From Candidatus Cloacimonadales bacterium (GTDB lineage: Bacteria; Cloacimonadota; Cloacimonadia; Cloacimonadales; JAIOQZ01): DNA of 64,000 bases. Within the stretch, counting starts at the first letter, position 1. Each line of letters begins with the position of its first letter. This document shows, one piece after another, positions 1-10,522 of the stretch. A model generated the notes under the pieces. That model did no database searches. It had not been told where the DNA came from and worked only from the letters and a program-made list of their open reading frames with translations. The translations under genes were made by a program, and so were the position numbers. Location of the stretch: the NCBI GenBank assembly GCA_963665815.1, contig OY762463.1, forward strand, positions 1,888,001 to 1,952,000, read 5' to 3'.

Positions 1-959
1 GGAGCCATCATTGCTGCCTGGTAACCGCTTTCCACTGCAGCAAGCATTGCCAGTACGGTAACAATAGTTTTACCGGATCCAACATCACCCTGAATCAACC
101 TGTTCATCTGGAAAGGTTTCTGCATATCATCAAGAATCTCATTCAAGACTTTATTCTGTGCTCCTGTAAGATTAAAGGGTAATGAGTTCTTCAGTCTGTT
201 TACTCTTTCGAATGTCAACTTGTGAGTAATTCCGGCAGGCTTCATTTTACGCTCAAGATTGTTACGAGCAAACATCAGTTGATGATAGAACAGTTCTTCA
301 TATTTCAAACGCTTTGTGACCTGCTCTATGTTTGTTTTCTCCGTTGGGAAATGCAGTTTCTCCAGAGTAGCCTTTCTACTGAAAAACCTGTACTTACTGA
401 TAATCCCCTGTGACAGATTATCTTCGATTTCCTTGTGATAGAGAAAAAAAGCATTGTATATCATTTTACGGATATGCCCGGAGGTTAATCCTTCTGTGAG
501 ATGGTATACGGGAAGCACAGATCTCTTTTTCCAGAACTCTCCCATTTCACTAAAATTCTCAAGAAGTTCGAACTCAGGATGAATAATCTGTTTTCCACCT
601 TTGTAATCCTTAACAAGACCACTAATCCAGATCTGATTCCCGGCTCTCATCTTCTCCGTTATCCATTTTCCATACCTGAACCAGGTAAGAGTCATGTTAT
701 TTGTGCCATCAGATACTGTTACTGAAAGTTGTTTTTTGCTGCGATTGAGAAATTTCTCTTTCATCTCAACAATTATACAGGTTATGGAGCAGAATGTCTC
801 CGGTTGTAAATCATTGATTTGAGCACTCAGATTTCTGTATATGTAGCTTCTGGGGATATGCTCCATCAAATCCATAATTGTATGAATTCCAAGCTTCTCC
901 AGAAGTTTTGCTCTCTGCGATCCTACGCCTTTAAGGTACTGTACAGGTTCATATATCAT
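1..959 (-). CDS. recG: ATP-dependent DNA helicase RecG (5' part; runs off the window edge)
   Basis: Hand translation of minus strand from ATG at 959: MIYEPVQYLKGVGSQRAKLLEKLGI... and later QMNRLIQGDVGSGKTIV, the RecG Walker A region. Absent from the ORF track because it is truncated. Confidence 0.95.
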   Translation of the reverse strand, partial: MIYEPVQYLKGVGSQRAKLLEKLGIHTIMDLMEHIPRSYIYRNLSAQINDLQPETFCSITCIIVEMKEKFLNRSKKQLSVTVSDGTNNMTLTWFRYGKWITEKMRAGNQIWISGLVKDYKGGKQIIHPEFELLENFSEMGEFWKKRSVLPVYHLTEGLTSGHIRKMIYNAFFLYHKEIEDNLSQGIISKYRFFSRKATLEKLHFPTEKTNIEQVTKRLKYEELFYHQLMFARNNLERKMKPAGITHKLTFERVNRLKNSLPFNLTGAQNKVLNEILDDMQKPFQMNRLIQGDVGSGKTIVTVLAMLAAVESGYQAAMMA

Positions 960-1014
960 GAAAGAAAAATGAAATTGTAGAAGCATAGTGTCAATAGATA
1001 TTAATTTTGATACG

Positions 1015-1044
1015 AAAAAAAGGCTGCTCGAAAAGAACAGCCTT
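1015..1044 (-). terminator. Rho-independent terminator of the kor/mmd operon
   Basis: Stem AAGGCTG...CAGCCTT with an A-run on the + strand left side (U-tract on the minus transcript), just past the stop at 1069. Confidence 0.75.
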
Positions 1045-1068
1045 AATGTATTTTAAATAATTTACTTC

Positions 1069-2190
1069 TTAGTTACCAAGAATTCCGAGAAGAACCCCGG
1101 CTGCAACAGCAGAACCAATCACACCGGCAACGTTTGGTGCCATAGCGTGCATGAGCAGGAAGTTATTCTTGTCGTATTGTCTACCGACGCTGTGAACAAC
1201 TCGAGCACTATCTGGTACTGCAGATACTCCTGAAGCCCCAATCATCGGATTGAGTTTTTCTTTCAGGAAGAGGTTCATGAATTTAGCAAACAGAACTCCT
1301 GAGGCTGTAGCGATACAGAATGATAATGCACCAAGTCCAAAAATTTTGATGGAGATAGGTCCAACAAAAACATCTGCCTGTGTAGAAGCACCCACACAGA
1401 GACCGAGGACAATTGTTACAATATCAATCAGTGCATTACTGGCAGTTTTCTGAAGCCTGTCTGTCACTCCACATTCTTTAAGCAGGTTTCCAAAGAAAAG
1501 CATTCCGAGAAGTACAGATGCACCCGGAGCAATAAATATTGTCACGAGAGCACCAACGATGGGGAATAATATTTTCTCACGTTTGGAAACCACGCGAGGA
1601 GTTTTCATTTTGATTAATCTTTCTTTTCTGGTTGTAAGTAATTTTATAATTGGCGGTTGAATAACCGGAACCAGTGCCATGTACGAGTATGCTGCAATAG
1701 CAATTGGCCCAATAAGCTTAGGAGCAAGCTTTGTTGAAAGGAAGATTGATGTAGGACCATCTGCCCCACCAATAATTCCAATCGCTCCCGCTTCAGCCAT
1801 ATTGAAACCAAGCATTCTTGCACCTATAAATGTAGCAAAAATACCGAGCTGTGCAGCAGCTCCAAGCAGAATCAGCTTCGGATTCGCTATCAGCGTTGAG
1901 AAATCGGTCATTGCACCAATTCCAAGAAAAATAAGTGGAGGGTACACACCGTATTTCACACCGAAATAAAGCTGATTAAGTACAGAGCCATCATAGTAAA
2001 CACCATAGTTGGCTGTTCCCGGAATATTACCAAGAATAATACCAAATCCGATAGGAACAAGAAGAAGCGGTTCGTAATCTTTGGCAATACCAAGCCATAC
2101 AAACAACAGACCTATGCCTATCATTACCATGTATTCCCATTGAACCTGGGCAAAGCCTGTAGTTGAAACGAAATTCAGTATTTCCTGCAT
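1069..2190 (-). CDS. mmdB: Na+-translocating decarboxylase beta subunit (MmdB/OadB family)
   Basis: Hydrophobic 373 aa; motifs [45 protein letters not shown]. Confidence 0.93.
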   Translation of the reverse strand: MQEILNFVSTTGFAQVQWEYMVMIGIGLLFVWLGIAKDYEPLLLVPIGFGIILGNIPGTANYGVYYDGSVLNQLYFGVKYGVYPPLIFLGIGAMTDFSTLIANPKLILLGAAAQLGIFATFIGARMLGFNMAEAGAIGIIGGADGPTSIFLSTKLAPKLIGPIAIAAYSYMALVPVIQPPIIKLLTTRKERLIKMKTPRVVSKREKILFPIVGALVTIFIAPGASVLLGMLFFGNLLKECGVTDRLQKTASNALIDIVTIVLGLCVGASTQADVFVGPISIKIFGLGALSFCIATASGVLFAKFMNLFLKEKLNPMIGASGVSAVPDSARVVHSVGRQYDKNNFLLMHAMAPNVAGVIGSAVAAGVLLGILGN

Positions 2191-2918
2191 TAATCCCCCA
2201 GTCTGATCAGTGCCTGACCTTCCTGAACAGATTCACCTTTACTGACAAGAATTTCAGTCACTTTACCATGAGCATTAGCATTAATATCAGATTCCATTTT
2301 CATGGCTTCCAGGACTGCTACTACCGAATCAGGATTCACAGTATCACCAACTTTAACTTTGATATCGAGAATAGTTCCCGGTATAGGAGAAGTAACATCT
2401 CCACCTGCAGCTTGTACAGGGGCAGCTTGAGGTTGTGCAACAGGAGCTGCCTGCTGAGGAGCAGGTTTAGCAACCGGTTGAGGTGCAGGTTGTTCATTAT
2501 TCTGAAGCATGATTATATCATCTCCTTCCTGAACTGAAGCACCTTTACTGATGTTCACTTTTGTAACTATTCCTGAATATGGTGCAGCAATCTCAGATTC
2601 CATTTTCATAGCTTCGAGAGTGCATACTACGTCTCCTGCGTTAACAGAATCACCTTCTTTTACCATTATATCAATGATAACTCCGGGGATAGGAGCTTTT
2701 ACGCCACTTGTTGATCCGCCGGATTTCTGAGAAAGAGCAGGTAATCCCGGAGCAGATTTTTCTGATCGTACTAATTTAGGAGCACTTGGTAATTCTTCTG
2801 CATCAATTTCAACTCTGAATTCAACGCCGTTTACCATTACAACTGCTCTTGCACCATTATATTTAACTACTTTTGTTGTATATTTTTCACCGTTGATTCT
2901 CATATGATAGTTTTTCAC
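2190..2918 (-). CDS. mmdC: Biotin carboxyl carrier protein (gamma subunit) with two biotinyl domains
   Basis: Two EAMKM motifs separated by a Pro/Ala/Gln linker; likely GTG start at 2918 after AAGGAG. Confidence 0.88.
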   Translation of the reverse strand: MKNYHMRINGEKYTTKVVKYNGARAVVMVNGVEFRVEIDAEELPSAPKLVRSEKSAPGLPALSQKSGGSTSGVKAPIPGVIIDIMVKEGDSVNAGDVVCTLEAMKMESEIAAPYSGIVTKVNISKGASVQEGDDIIMLQNNEQPAPQPVAKPAPQQAAPVAQPQAAPVQAAGGDVTSPIPGTILDIKVKVGDTVNPDSVVAVLEAMKMESDINANAHGKVTEILVSKGESVQEGQALIRLGD

Positions 2919-2919
2919 A

Positions 2920-3546
2920 TTATCTCCTTTTATTAAAAGCACGATTTGGCATGTCTGTAATATTATAAGCTTTCCATAAAGATGACGGCATACGCTTCCA
3001 GGTCAGAAGCATTTTTTGCTGTCTTTCAGCATCAGAGACATGCATGTGCAATGTTGCAATTACGGCCGCAATAGCGTTCATGGAAGTCTGAGGCATATCG
3101 GTTGAAATTGTTCCGATATCAGTCTTAACGGAAACCGATGTAGCTTTCTGTGCTTTTGCTTCCTTTTTCTTTTCCTTCCATTTCTCGTAATTTGCCAGAT
3201 GCTCAAGCTGGGCAATAATGATTCCGATAATAAGCAAACTTGAAAAAACAACAAGCATTCCAATCAAAGTAATTGTTCCATACATTGATTTCTCAATTTT
3301 GTTGAATTCATCAATAGCTTTTTCGACATCAGCTTTTCCGAGATTAAGAGCACTCAGTTTAGTGCTGATGTTTACAGAATCAGAGACATTCATATAAGAA
3401 ATTAGTTTCTTGTATGGGATCCCGGTTTTCTGAGCAGTTTCCATCAGAGACATATCTGAAGTAATATTCAAATCTTCCGGATTCTCAGCCTGAATCATGG
3501 AAAAAAGGATCAGGAATAATATGCTTAAAACAAGTGTTTTTTTCAT
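2920..3546 (-). CDS. Decarboxylase delta subunit (OadG/MmdD-like) with N-terminal extension
   Basis: TM segment ITLIGMLVVFSSLLIIGIII, then IAAVIATL and a C-terminal SLWK motif; lies between the alpha and biotin-carrier genes. Confidence 0.72.
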   Translation of the reverse strand: MKKTLVLSILFLILFSMIQAENPEDLNITSDMSLMETAQKTGIPYKKLISYMNVSDSVNISTKLSALNLGKADVEKAIDEFNKIEKSMYGTITLIGMLVVFSSLLIIGIIIAQLEHLANYEKWKEKKKEAKAQKATSVSVKTDIGTISTDMPQTSMNAIAAVIATLHMHVSDAERQQKMLLTWKRMPSSLWKAYNITDMPNRAFNKRR

Positions 3547-3555
3547 ACTAAATCC

Positions 3556-5106
3556 TTATAAAGGGATGTTTCCATGCTTTCTAGGTCTGTTAACTTCTCT
3601 CTTCGATGCAAGCATTTCAAGAGATCTGATAATTCTGAATCTGGTTTGTGACGGTTCAATAATATCGTTTATATATCCTTTTTCTGCAGCAGCATAAGGA
3701 TTAGCGAATTTCTCTCTGTATTCGTTTTCTTTATTTTTGAGAACTTTTGCAGGATCTTTCGCATCTTTTGCATCTTTACGGAAGATAATCTCCACGGCAC
3801 CTGCAGGTCCCATTACAGCAATCTCTGCTGAAGGCCATGCATATACTACGTCAGCACGCATATGGATACTGTTCATCACGCAGTACGCTCCACCATAAGC
3901 TTTTCTCAGAACTACTGTCATTTTTGGAACTGTAGCTTCAGCAAAAGCATAAAGCAGTTTAGCACCGTTTCTGATGATTCCGTTATGTTCCTGATTAGAT
4001 CCCGGAAGGAATCCGGGTACGTCTTCAAGAACAAGAAGAGGAATATTAAAAGCATCACAGAATCTTACGAATCTTGCAGCTTTATTTGATGCATTATTGT
4101 CAAGACATCCAGCGAGGAATTTAGGCTGATTAGCTACAATACCTACACTATAACCGTTAAATCTTGAGAATCCGACAACAACGTTCTGAGCAAAGTTACG
4201 AGCAACTTCCAGGAACTCTCCGTCATCTGCAATAGATGCTATTACATCAAGCACATTATAAGGCTTGTTCGGATTATCAGGGATAATTGTGTTAAGCTCA
4301 TCACATGATCTGTCTATCGGATCAGATGGTGTTACGTAAGGTGGTTCTTCCATATTGTTGTTAGGAATATAGCTCATGATTTTGCGGATAAGAAGAATTG
4401 TTTCTTCTTCATTTTCTGTAACAAACTGTGTTACACCGCTTTTTGAGCCGTGAACCATCGCACCACCAAGTTCTTCGGTTGTAACGGTTTCGTTAAGTAC
4501 AGTTTTTACTACTTTAGGACCTGTAACAAACATATAACTGTTCTTCTTGTCCATGATAATAAAGTCTGTAATAGCAGGTGAGTATACCGCTCCACCGGCG
4601 CATGGTCCGAGGATTGCAGATATTTGTGGAATAACTCCGGATGCCTGTACATTTCTCCAGAATATTTCAGCGTAACCTGCAAGAGCATCTACACCTTCCT
4701 GAATTCTGGCACCGCCTGAGTCATTGAGCCCTATAACAGGAGCTCCGACTTTAAGTGCCATATCCATTATTTTACATATTTTGTCAGCATAGGTTTTAGA
4801 AAGAGATCCACCGAAAACTGTGAAATCCTGAGCAAAAACAAATACCATTCTGCCATTGATTGTACCACAGCCGGTTATTACACCGTCACCGAGAATCTTA
4901 TTCTTTTCCATACCGAAGTTTGTACATTGATGCTGAACAAACATGTCTATTTCTTCAAAACTATCGGGGTCCAAGAGATTGTTAACTCTTTCTCTTGCTG
5001 TCAACTTACCTTTGTTATGTTGCGCATCGATTCTTTTCTGTCCACCACCAAGAAGAGCTTTTTCTCTCTTCTCCTGCAGTTCTACGATGCTCTTTTTAAT
5101 TTCCAT
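3556..5106 (-). CDS. mmdA: Methylmalonyl-CoA decarboxylase alpha / acyl-CoA carboxyltransferase subunit
   Basis: [49 protein letters not shown] carboxyltransferase motifs. Confidence 0.92.
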   Translation of the reverse strand: MEIKKSIVELQEKREKALLGGGQKRIDAQHNKGKLTARERVNNLLDPDSFEEIDMFVQHQCTNFGMEKNKILGDGVITGCGTINGRMVFVFAQDFTVFGGSLSKTYADKICKIMDMALKVGAPVIGLNDSGGARIQEGVDALAGYAEIFWRNVQASGVIPQISAILGPCAGGAVYSPAITDFIIMDKKNSYMFVTGPKVVKTVLNETVTTEELGGAMVHGSKSGVTQFVTENEEETILLIRKIMSYIPNNNMEEPPYVTPSDPIDRSCDELNTIIPDNPNKPYNVLDVIASIADDGEFLEVARNFAQNVVVGFSRFNGYSVGIVANQPKFLAGCLDNNASNKAARFVRFCDAFNIPLLVLEDVPGFLPGSNQEHNGIIRNGAKLLYAFAEATVPKMTVVLRKAYGGAYCVMNSIHMRADVVYAWPSAEIAVMGPAGAVEIIFRKDAKDAKDPAKVLKNKENEYREKFANPYAAAEKGYINDIIEPSQTRFRIIRSLEMLASKREVNRPRKHGNIPL

Positions 5107-5127
5107 TTATCCTCCGGAAATAAGAAA

Positions 5128-5532
5128 TTAATGATCTTTTTCCTTACAGAGTTCTACGAGAACACCATAAGATGATTTTGGATGCAGGAATGCAATATCA
5201 GCACCATGTGCACCCGGTCGAGGTTCTTTGTCTATTAATCGTATATTGTTTTCTTCAGATAACTTAAGTGCTTCAGGAAGATTGTCAACTGCAAAAGCAA
5301 GATGCTGAATTCCTTCACCTTTCTTTTCAATATATTTTGCAATTGGTCCGTCAGGAGCTGTTGATTCAAGAAGCTCTATACGAGTATCTCCAACAGGAAT
5401 AAAAGCAACTTTTACTTTCTGAGATTCAACAACTTCAGTAGATTCAACCTCAAGTCCAAGTTTTTTATAAAACTCAATTGCATCATCAAGATTTTTTACT
5501 GCAATTCCTATATGACTTATGTATTTTACCAT
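5128..5532 (-). CDS. mce: Methylmalonyl-CoA epimerase
   Basis: VOC-fold motifs HIGIAV, IELLE, GEGIQHLAF, GAHG, FLHPKS, LVELCE-like; start adjusted to ATG at 5532. Confidence 0.93.
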   Translation of the reverse strand: MVKYISHIGIAVKNLDDAIEFYKKLGLEVESTEVVESQKVKVAFIPVGDTRIELLESTAPDGPIAKYIEKKGEGIQHLAFAVDNLPEALKLSEENNIRLIDKEPRPGAHGADIAFLHPKSSYGVLVELCKEKDH

Positions 5533-5542
5533 AACTATCTCA

Positions 5543-6088
5543 CTATTGTTCTTCTTTAGCCAGTTTGAATCCAAGTTTCATTGCTTTGATATTGAGATCA
5601 ACAAAAGCAGGTTTTACCGTATTGCGAATTGCCTGTTCGAGACTCTTAACAGTAACAACTTTGGTTAACTGAACAAGGAAAGATAAAGTAAGAATATTAG
5701 TAGGTAAAGCACTTCCGAGTTCTTCCATAGCAATTTCAGTGAAGTTCCTTTCGTATACAGATGAATCTATCATTGAAATATTTTTTACGTATGTAGAATC
5801 AGCAATCAGGATACCATCTTCTCTAAGGTCAAAGATGTATTTATCACAAGCTTCCTGAGTAAGTGCAAGAAGAACATTAAATTGAGTCGCTTCAGGATAA
5901 TAAATCGCATCATTACTGATAAGCACGTCAGCTCTACTTGCTCCACCTCTGGATTCAGGTCCGTAACTTTGAGTCTGAGTAACATTCTTTTTATCAAGAA
6001 CAGCTGCGTTAGCAAGAATAATACCTGCAAGAATCAGACCTTGTCCACCGCTTCCACTTAATCTGGTTTCAGTTCTGGTACTTTTCAT
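5543..6088 (-). CDS. 2-oxoacid:ferredoxin oxidoreductase gamma subunit
   Basis: SGSGGQG and QSYGPESRGG motifs. Confidence 0.93.
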   Translation of the reverse strand: MKSTRTETRLSGSGGQGLILAGIILANAAVLDKKNVTQTQSYGPESRGGASRADVLISNDAIYYPEATQFNVLLALTQEACDKYIFDLREDGILIADSTYVKNISMIDSSVYERNFTEIAMEELGSALPTNILTLSFLVQLTKVVTVKSLEQAIRNTVKPAFVDLNIKAMKLGFKLAKEEQ

Positions 6089-6927
6089 TTTGACTCCTTA
6101 CCTTTTTTTAAGCTATCTACTAATCCTTTGTAAGCTTGAGTATACTCACGTTTTTCTTCCTGACGGAAGATACCGCGGATAATCTTTCCTTCTTTCTCTT
6201 CAGGTTTAAGTTTTTCAGCAGCAGCGATAGTGATAGAGTTTTCTTTCATCTGCATCATCATTTCCGGAGCTGCACCTTTTTTATTAAGTCTTCCGTAAAT
6301 AACAGGACAAGCACAGATAACTTCTACAACTGAAAGTCCTTTATGCTGAATAGCTTTTTTTATCATGTTTTCTGCTTCAACCGCATGATATGCTGTAGTT
6401 CTACCCACAAATGTAGCTCCTGCACCCATGGCAAGTTCACAGATATCAAATACAGGATCAATATTACCATAAGGCATTGTTGTTGCGCGATGTCCTGTAG
6501 GAGTTGTAGGTGAATATTGTCCACCTGTCATTCCGTAGATATTGTTATTAAGAACAATTATGTTTATATCAATATTTCTTCTTGCTGCGTGGATAAAGTG
6601 ATTACCACCAATTGCTGTTGCATCACCATCACCGGTAACAACAAAAACATTCATATCAGGTTTGTACATTTTAAGACCGGTAGCAAATGGAATTGCTCTT
6701 CCATGAAGAGTATGCAGTGTATTGAAGTCTGCATAAACAGGCATTCTGCTGGAACAACCGATACCTGATACCATTGCGATATCATCTTTTTTGATTTCAA
6801 GAGAATGGATAGCTCTGATGATATCACCAAGAACAATACCATTACTGCAACCCTGACACCAAACGTGTGGGAATTTCTTGTTATGTCTTAAATATTTATG
6901 TATTGTTTTTAATGCTATAGTTGCCAT
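6085..6927 (-). CDS. korB: 2-oxoacid:ferredoxin oxidoreductase beta subunit (TPP-binding, KorB-like)
   Basis: WCQGCS, SGIGCSSR, GDGDATAIGGNH, NNNIYGMTGGQYSPT motifs. Confidence 0.88.
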   Translation of the reverse strand: MATIALKTIHKYLRHNKKFPHVWCQGCSNGIVLGDIIRAIHSLEIKKDDIAMVSGIGCSSRMPVYADFNTLHTLHGRAIPFATGLKMYKPDMNVFVVTGDGDATAIGGNHFIHAARRNIDINIIVLNNNIYGMTGGQYSPTTPTGHRATTMPYGNIDPVFDICELAMGAGATFVGRTTAYHAVEAENMIKKAIQHKGLSVVEVICACPVIYGRLNKKGAAPEMMMQMKENSITIAAAEKLKPEEKEGKIIRGIFRQEEKREYTQAYKGLVDSLKKGKESK

Positions 6928-8088
6928 CTATTGTTCCTCCTTGATCTTCTTCAGGATTTCTCTCGGAGTAATCAGTTCTCCATCAACTCTCTGAATTGGT
7001 ATGATCTTTCCGTCTTCCTTATCTTTTGCAAGTCTCTCAATTTCATGAATAAACTGACCCTGATTCAACTCAGGAACAATTACTGATTCAACATTCTTGA
7101 GCATTTTCTTAACTGCATCATCCGGGAATGGCCATATTGTCAATGGTCTGAGAAGTCCCACTTTCAAGCCTTCACTTCTTGCCATCATTACTGCAGCTTT
7201 TGCTGAACGTGCTGTAATACCTGCAGCAAATACAGCAATTTTCGCATCATCCATTTTGAAGCTTTCGATTTGAACAAGGTCTCTGATGTTTGTTGTGATT
7301 TTCTTTTTGAGACGTTTCATCATCACATCAACTTCATTAGCCTTGTTCGTTGGAAAACCGTATTGATCGTGAGCAAGTCCGGTTACGTGGAATCTGTAAC
7401 CTTCGCCAAAACTTGCAACAGGAGAAAGATATTTCTGAGTTTCTTCGTAATGTTTATACCATTCAGGTGGAACAGTAGGTTTAATTCTGTTGATGATTCT
7501 GATTTTTGATACATCTGGAACCTCAACAGCTTCTCTCATGTGTCCAAGTACTTCGTCAAGAAGAAGAACAACACATGTTCTGTATTTTTCAGCAAGGTTT
7601 ACCGCACGAATTGTTAATTCATAACTTTCTTTTACTGAGTCCGGATAAAGGACTATTGCCGGAGCATCACCGTGAGAACCCCAACGAGCCTGCATAATGT
7701 CACCTTGAGACGGTTTTGTAGGTAAACCTGTAGATGGACCACCTCTCTGAACATTAACTATAAGTGATGGAGTTTCAGTAATTTTTGCAAAACCAATTGC
7801 TTCCTGCATAAGAGAAAAACCAGGTCCACTGGTTGCAGTCATTGATTTTGCTCCTGCAAGTGATGCACCTATTACAGCTGCGATACTTGCAATTTCGTCT
7901 TCCATTTGAATAAATGTTTTTCCTGCAGCAGGCAGTTTCTGAGAGAGAATCTCAGCAACTTCAGTTGAAGGGGTAATTGGATAGCCTGCAAAAAAATCTA
8001 CACCGGCATCCATTGCTGCTAATGCTATTGCTTCATTACCTTGCATCAGCTTTATGGTTTTCTTTTCTTGTTCATTCTTTTTTGGCAT
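6928..8088 (-). CDS. korA: 2-oxoacid:ferredoxin oxidoreductase alpha subunit (KorA-like)
   Basis: AGYPITPSTE, QMEDEIAS, TATSGPGFSLM, QRGGPSTGLPT motifs. Confidence 0.88.
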   Translation of the reverse strand: MPKKNEQEKKTIKLMQGNEAIALAAMDAGVDFFAGYPITPSTEVAEILSQKLPAAGKTFIQMEDEIASIAAVIGASLAGAKSMTATSGPGFSLMQEAIGFAKITETPSLIVNVQRGGPSTGLPTKPSQGDIMQARWGSHGDAPAIVLYPDSVKESYELTIRAVNLAEKYRTCVVLLLDEVLGHMREAVEVPDVSKIRIINRIKPTVPPEWYKHYEETQKYLSPVASFGEGYRFHVTGLAHDQYGFPTNKANEVDVMMKRLKKKITTNIRDLVQIESFKMDDAKIAVFAAGITARSAKAAVMMARSEGLKVGLLRPLTIWPFPDDAVKKMLKNVESVIVPELNQGQFIHEIERLAKDKEDGKIIPIQRVDGELITPREILKKIKEEQ

Positions 8089-8097
8089 ATCAACTCC

Positions 8098-8397
8098 TTA
8101 TCTTTTAGCACCTGTTATTGCGAAATCAGGGCACAATCTGTCACATGTACCACAGTGGATACATTTTTCCGGATTTTTAACGTATGGAGCGCCATCTGCT
8201 TTTCTGGCAAGCACTTTTGTCGGACAAAATGTTGCACAGATTCCGCATTTTTTACACCACTCATAATAAATAAACACCGGAGATTCTTTATAATCACCGG
8301 ACGTATTAATCTCAGTATCTTCAACTTCCATTTTTGCTGGATCACTATCGTCAAGAATGATCGACCCTTCTCGGTGTTTCTCAATCTTTTCAAACAT
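8098..8397 (-). CDS. 2x[4Fe-4S] ferredoxin, oxidoreductase delta subunit
   Basis: CKKCGICATFCP and CIHCGTCDRLCPDFAI; first gene of the operon. Confidence 0.9.
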   Translation of the reverse strand: MFEKIEKHREGSIILDDSDPAKMEVEDTEINTSGDYKESPVFIYYEWCKKCGICATFCPTKVLARKADGAPYVKNPEKCIHCGTCDRLCPDFAITGAKR

Positions 8398-8523
8398 TTT
8401 TTACTCCTTGAGTTATGAATTGTGCCAAAGACTAAAAAGTGCCCTTTTTCTTACAAGTTTTTTTAAGAAAAATAATACACCTTAAATTCTTTTGAACAAT
8501 TTCTATATTATTTTAACTTTAAA

Positions 8524-10059
8524 TTACTTAATTAATACAGCTTTGGAACTGAGAGAATAATTACCAGTTTTCAAAACCATAAGATATACTCCACTTGAGA
8601 CATTAATCCCATTTTCATTAATTCCATTCCACTTAAGAATATTAGTTCCTTTCCGGAATGTTCCTTCTTTGATTGTCCTTATTTTCTGGCCTTTAACATT
8701 ATAAACACAGAATTCACCTTCTGCGGCTTCAGTCAGGTCAAATTTTATTGTTGTCTCCGGATTAAACGGATTCGGATAAATATCCATTGAATTGTCATAT
8801 TGTACAACATCCTCAGATATTCCCACTGTTAAACTCAGCAGATCATCTCTGTTAAGTTCTGTAGATGGTGACTGATATGCCGGTGCAACACCTGCTACAG
8901 CCCATCGAATATACCCCGAAGAAGGTACATACTGAATAACATGAAGATTATGCATTACACCACAGGCATGATACATTAATGACAGACTTTTCTGTAGTGT
9001 TACATTTGTTGTATCTTCTATTGAACTTGAAAGAGCTGAATATCTGGAGCATGCTGAAGGAGATATCAATTCTCTGAAATGGTTTGTTGCAGCAAGATTA
9101 TCACCTGCAATAGCCGTATTGTCTGTCACATTTCTGCTGGTTAACCCAAGATTATCATTTATTTCAAATACTGTTGCAAACTCATACTCAGCCATATGTG
9201 TTACAGACTGCACAATAGCACCAAAAGCACAATTATCATCGGTCAGTGCTTGTCTTACATCATCAATGTTTGATACATTATCATCATTACAGTCTCTGCT
9301 TTCTACAGCTTTTCTGAGAGTTAATAATATTGGACTATATGTGTGTCCGGGAACTCTCGTATTATCATTTCCCATATTCTGGAAAACTGCCACGCCACTC
9401 TCATTTATTGCAGAAAGCGCTCCAAACATACCCGGGAATCCAAAGGAAAACCATGGTTGCTCATCGACTTCAGATGGTTCATGCACAATAATCATTGAGT
9501 TTGAACTGAGATGAGAGCTTACTGACCAGTCAAGATATCTTGTAATAACCAGTTCACCATTTAAATTATCATTTTGAGTAGCATTACCCCAGCTTGTCAG
9601 ACTTGAACATCCACCTGTATGTTCCGGATCACAATATCTATTGAAAGTCGTAGAAAGATCCGGTATTGTGTTGCATATAAGAACATCTATATAATCAATA
9701 TCCCTGTTTAAATAAGTAGAATGAACTGATGCTCCTGCGTCCTGAATACCTGTAACAATTGCCATTGCCTCTGTAACATATAAAGAATCACATACGAAAT
9801 TTGCTTCAAAATATGATCTCATTCCATTGTAATATTGAGATTGCCCCATAAGCATAGTTCCTATGACATAGTTATCGAATACCTGAAGAAATTTTTCGGC
9901 AACAAGATAACCGTGAGCATAACCTCTTTCCTGATGCGTTCCCCATAATTTCATTACGGTTTTACCATTAACATCAGTTATAAAACCATTGACTTGTCCA
10001 AAAATTGATATAACAATTGTTAATAAGAGAATTAGCATTATTTTCTTTTTCATACTCAT
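8524..10059 (-). CDS. Secreted peptidase C45/NAAA-like Ntn hydrolase with FlgD-Ig/T9SS-like C-terminal domain
   Basis: Signal peptide; GTHQERGYAHG, GCSS (candidate nucleophile Cys), RYLDW, INESG, ATNHF; C-terminal YPNPFNP...WNG...SSGVY. Confidence 0.75.
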   Translation of the reverse strand: MSMKKKIMLILLLTIVISIFGQVNGFITDVNGKTVMKLWGTHQERGYAHGYLVAEKFLQVFDNYVIGTMLMGQSQYYNGMRSYFEANFVCDSLYVTEAMAIVTGIQDAGASVHSTYLNRDIDYIDVLICNTIPDLSTTFNRYCDPEHTGGCSSLTSWGNATQNDNLNGELVITRYLDWSVSSHLSSNSMIIVHEPSEVDEQPWFSFGFPGMFGALSAINESGVAVFQNMGNDNTRVPGHTYSPILLTLRKAVESRDCNDDNVSNIDDVRQALTDDNCAFGAIVQSVTHMAEYEFATVFEINDNLGLTSRNVTDNTAIAGDNLAATNHFRELISPSACSRYSALSSSIEDTTNVTLQKSLSLMYHACGVMHNLHVIQYVPSSGYIRWAVAGVAPAYQSPSTELNRDDLLSLTVGISEDVVQYDNSMDIYPNPFNPETTIKFDLTEAAEGEFCVYNVKGQKIRTIKEGTFRKGTNILKWNGINENGINVSSGVYLMVLKTGNYSLSSKAVLIK

Positions 10060-10447
10060 TCCTGTTTTAAATTTTATCTGCTATATTTGATTATACATTT
10101 TCTGTCAAGGTTTTGAGTCCGATTATTTAAATAAATAATTTCTTCAGCCATTTTGTAATGCAAAAGATCTTTACATAGTTACAACAGCTTTTCTTGATTT
10201 CTCTCGAAAATAAGTGTTGAGTTCTTATCTCATTCAAGTATAATGCTTTCATCTTCTCTGACATCCGGGATATGTTAAAAGATTTCGATAGTATGCAAAG
10301 CTGTCATCCATTATAGTAAAAAATTGGAATCCCCCGTTTTTTCTTGAAAATCTGACTTCAAGAAAATTGGAAGGATTTTTAGCAGACATTTCTTAGAAAA
10401 ATGCATTCTTCATTTTCTTTGGGTTTCGGGGGGATGCATGCTATTGT

Positions 10448-10477
10448 AAAAAAGCCTGCCGGATTAATCAGCAGGCT
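10448..10477 (-). terminator. Rho-independent terminator
   Basis: AGCCTGC...GCAGGCT stem with flanking A-run, downstream of the stop at 10523. Confidence 0.7.
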
Positions 10478-10522
10478 ATAGAAAACGCAATTTTGTATGA
10501 ATTAATTTGATTTAGTTTGTTA

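Noticed and set aside
222-725. Short + strand ORFs 222..413 and 501..725
   Set aside because: Antisense to recG. The other short ORFs nested in or antisense to long genes were rejected as shadows for the same reason.
8410-8430. Sigma-54 promoter (TTGGCAC on minus strand) upstream of the kor operon
   Set aside because: The -12 TTGC element is missing at the required spacing.
10125-10252. 41-aa minus-strand ORF MKALYLNEIRTQ...
   Set aside because: No clear SD or recognisable motif; likely chance.
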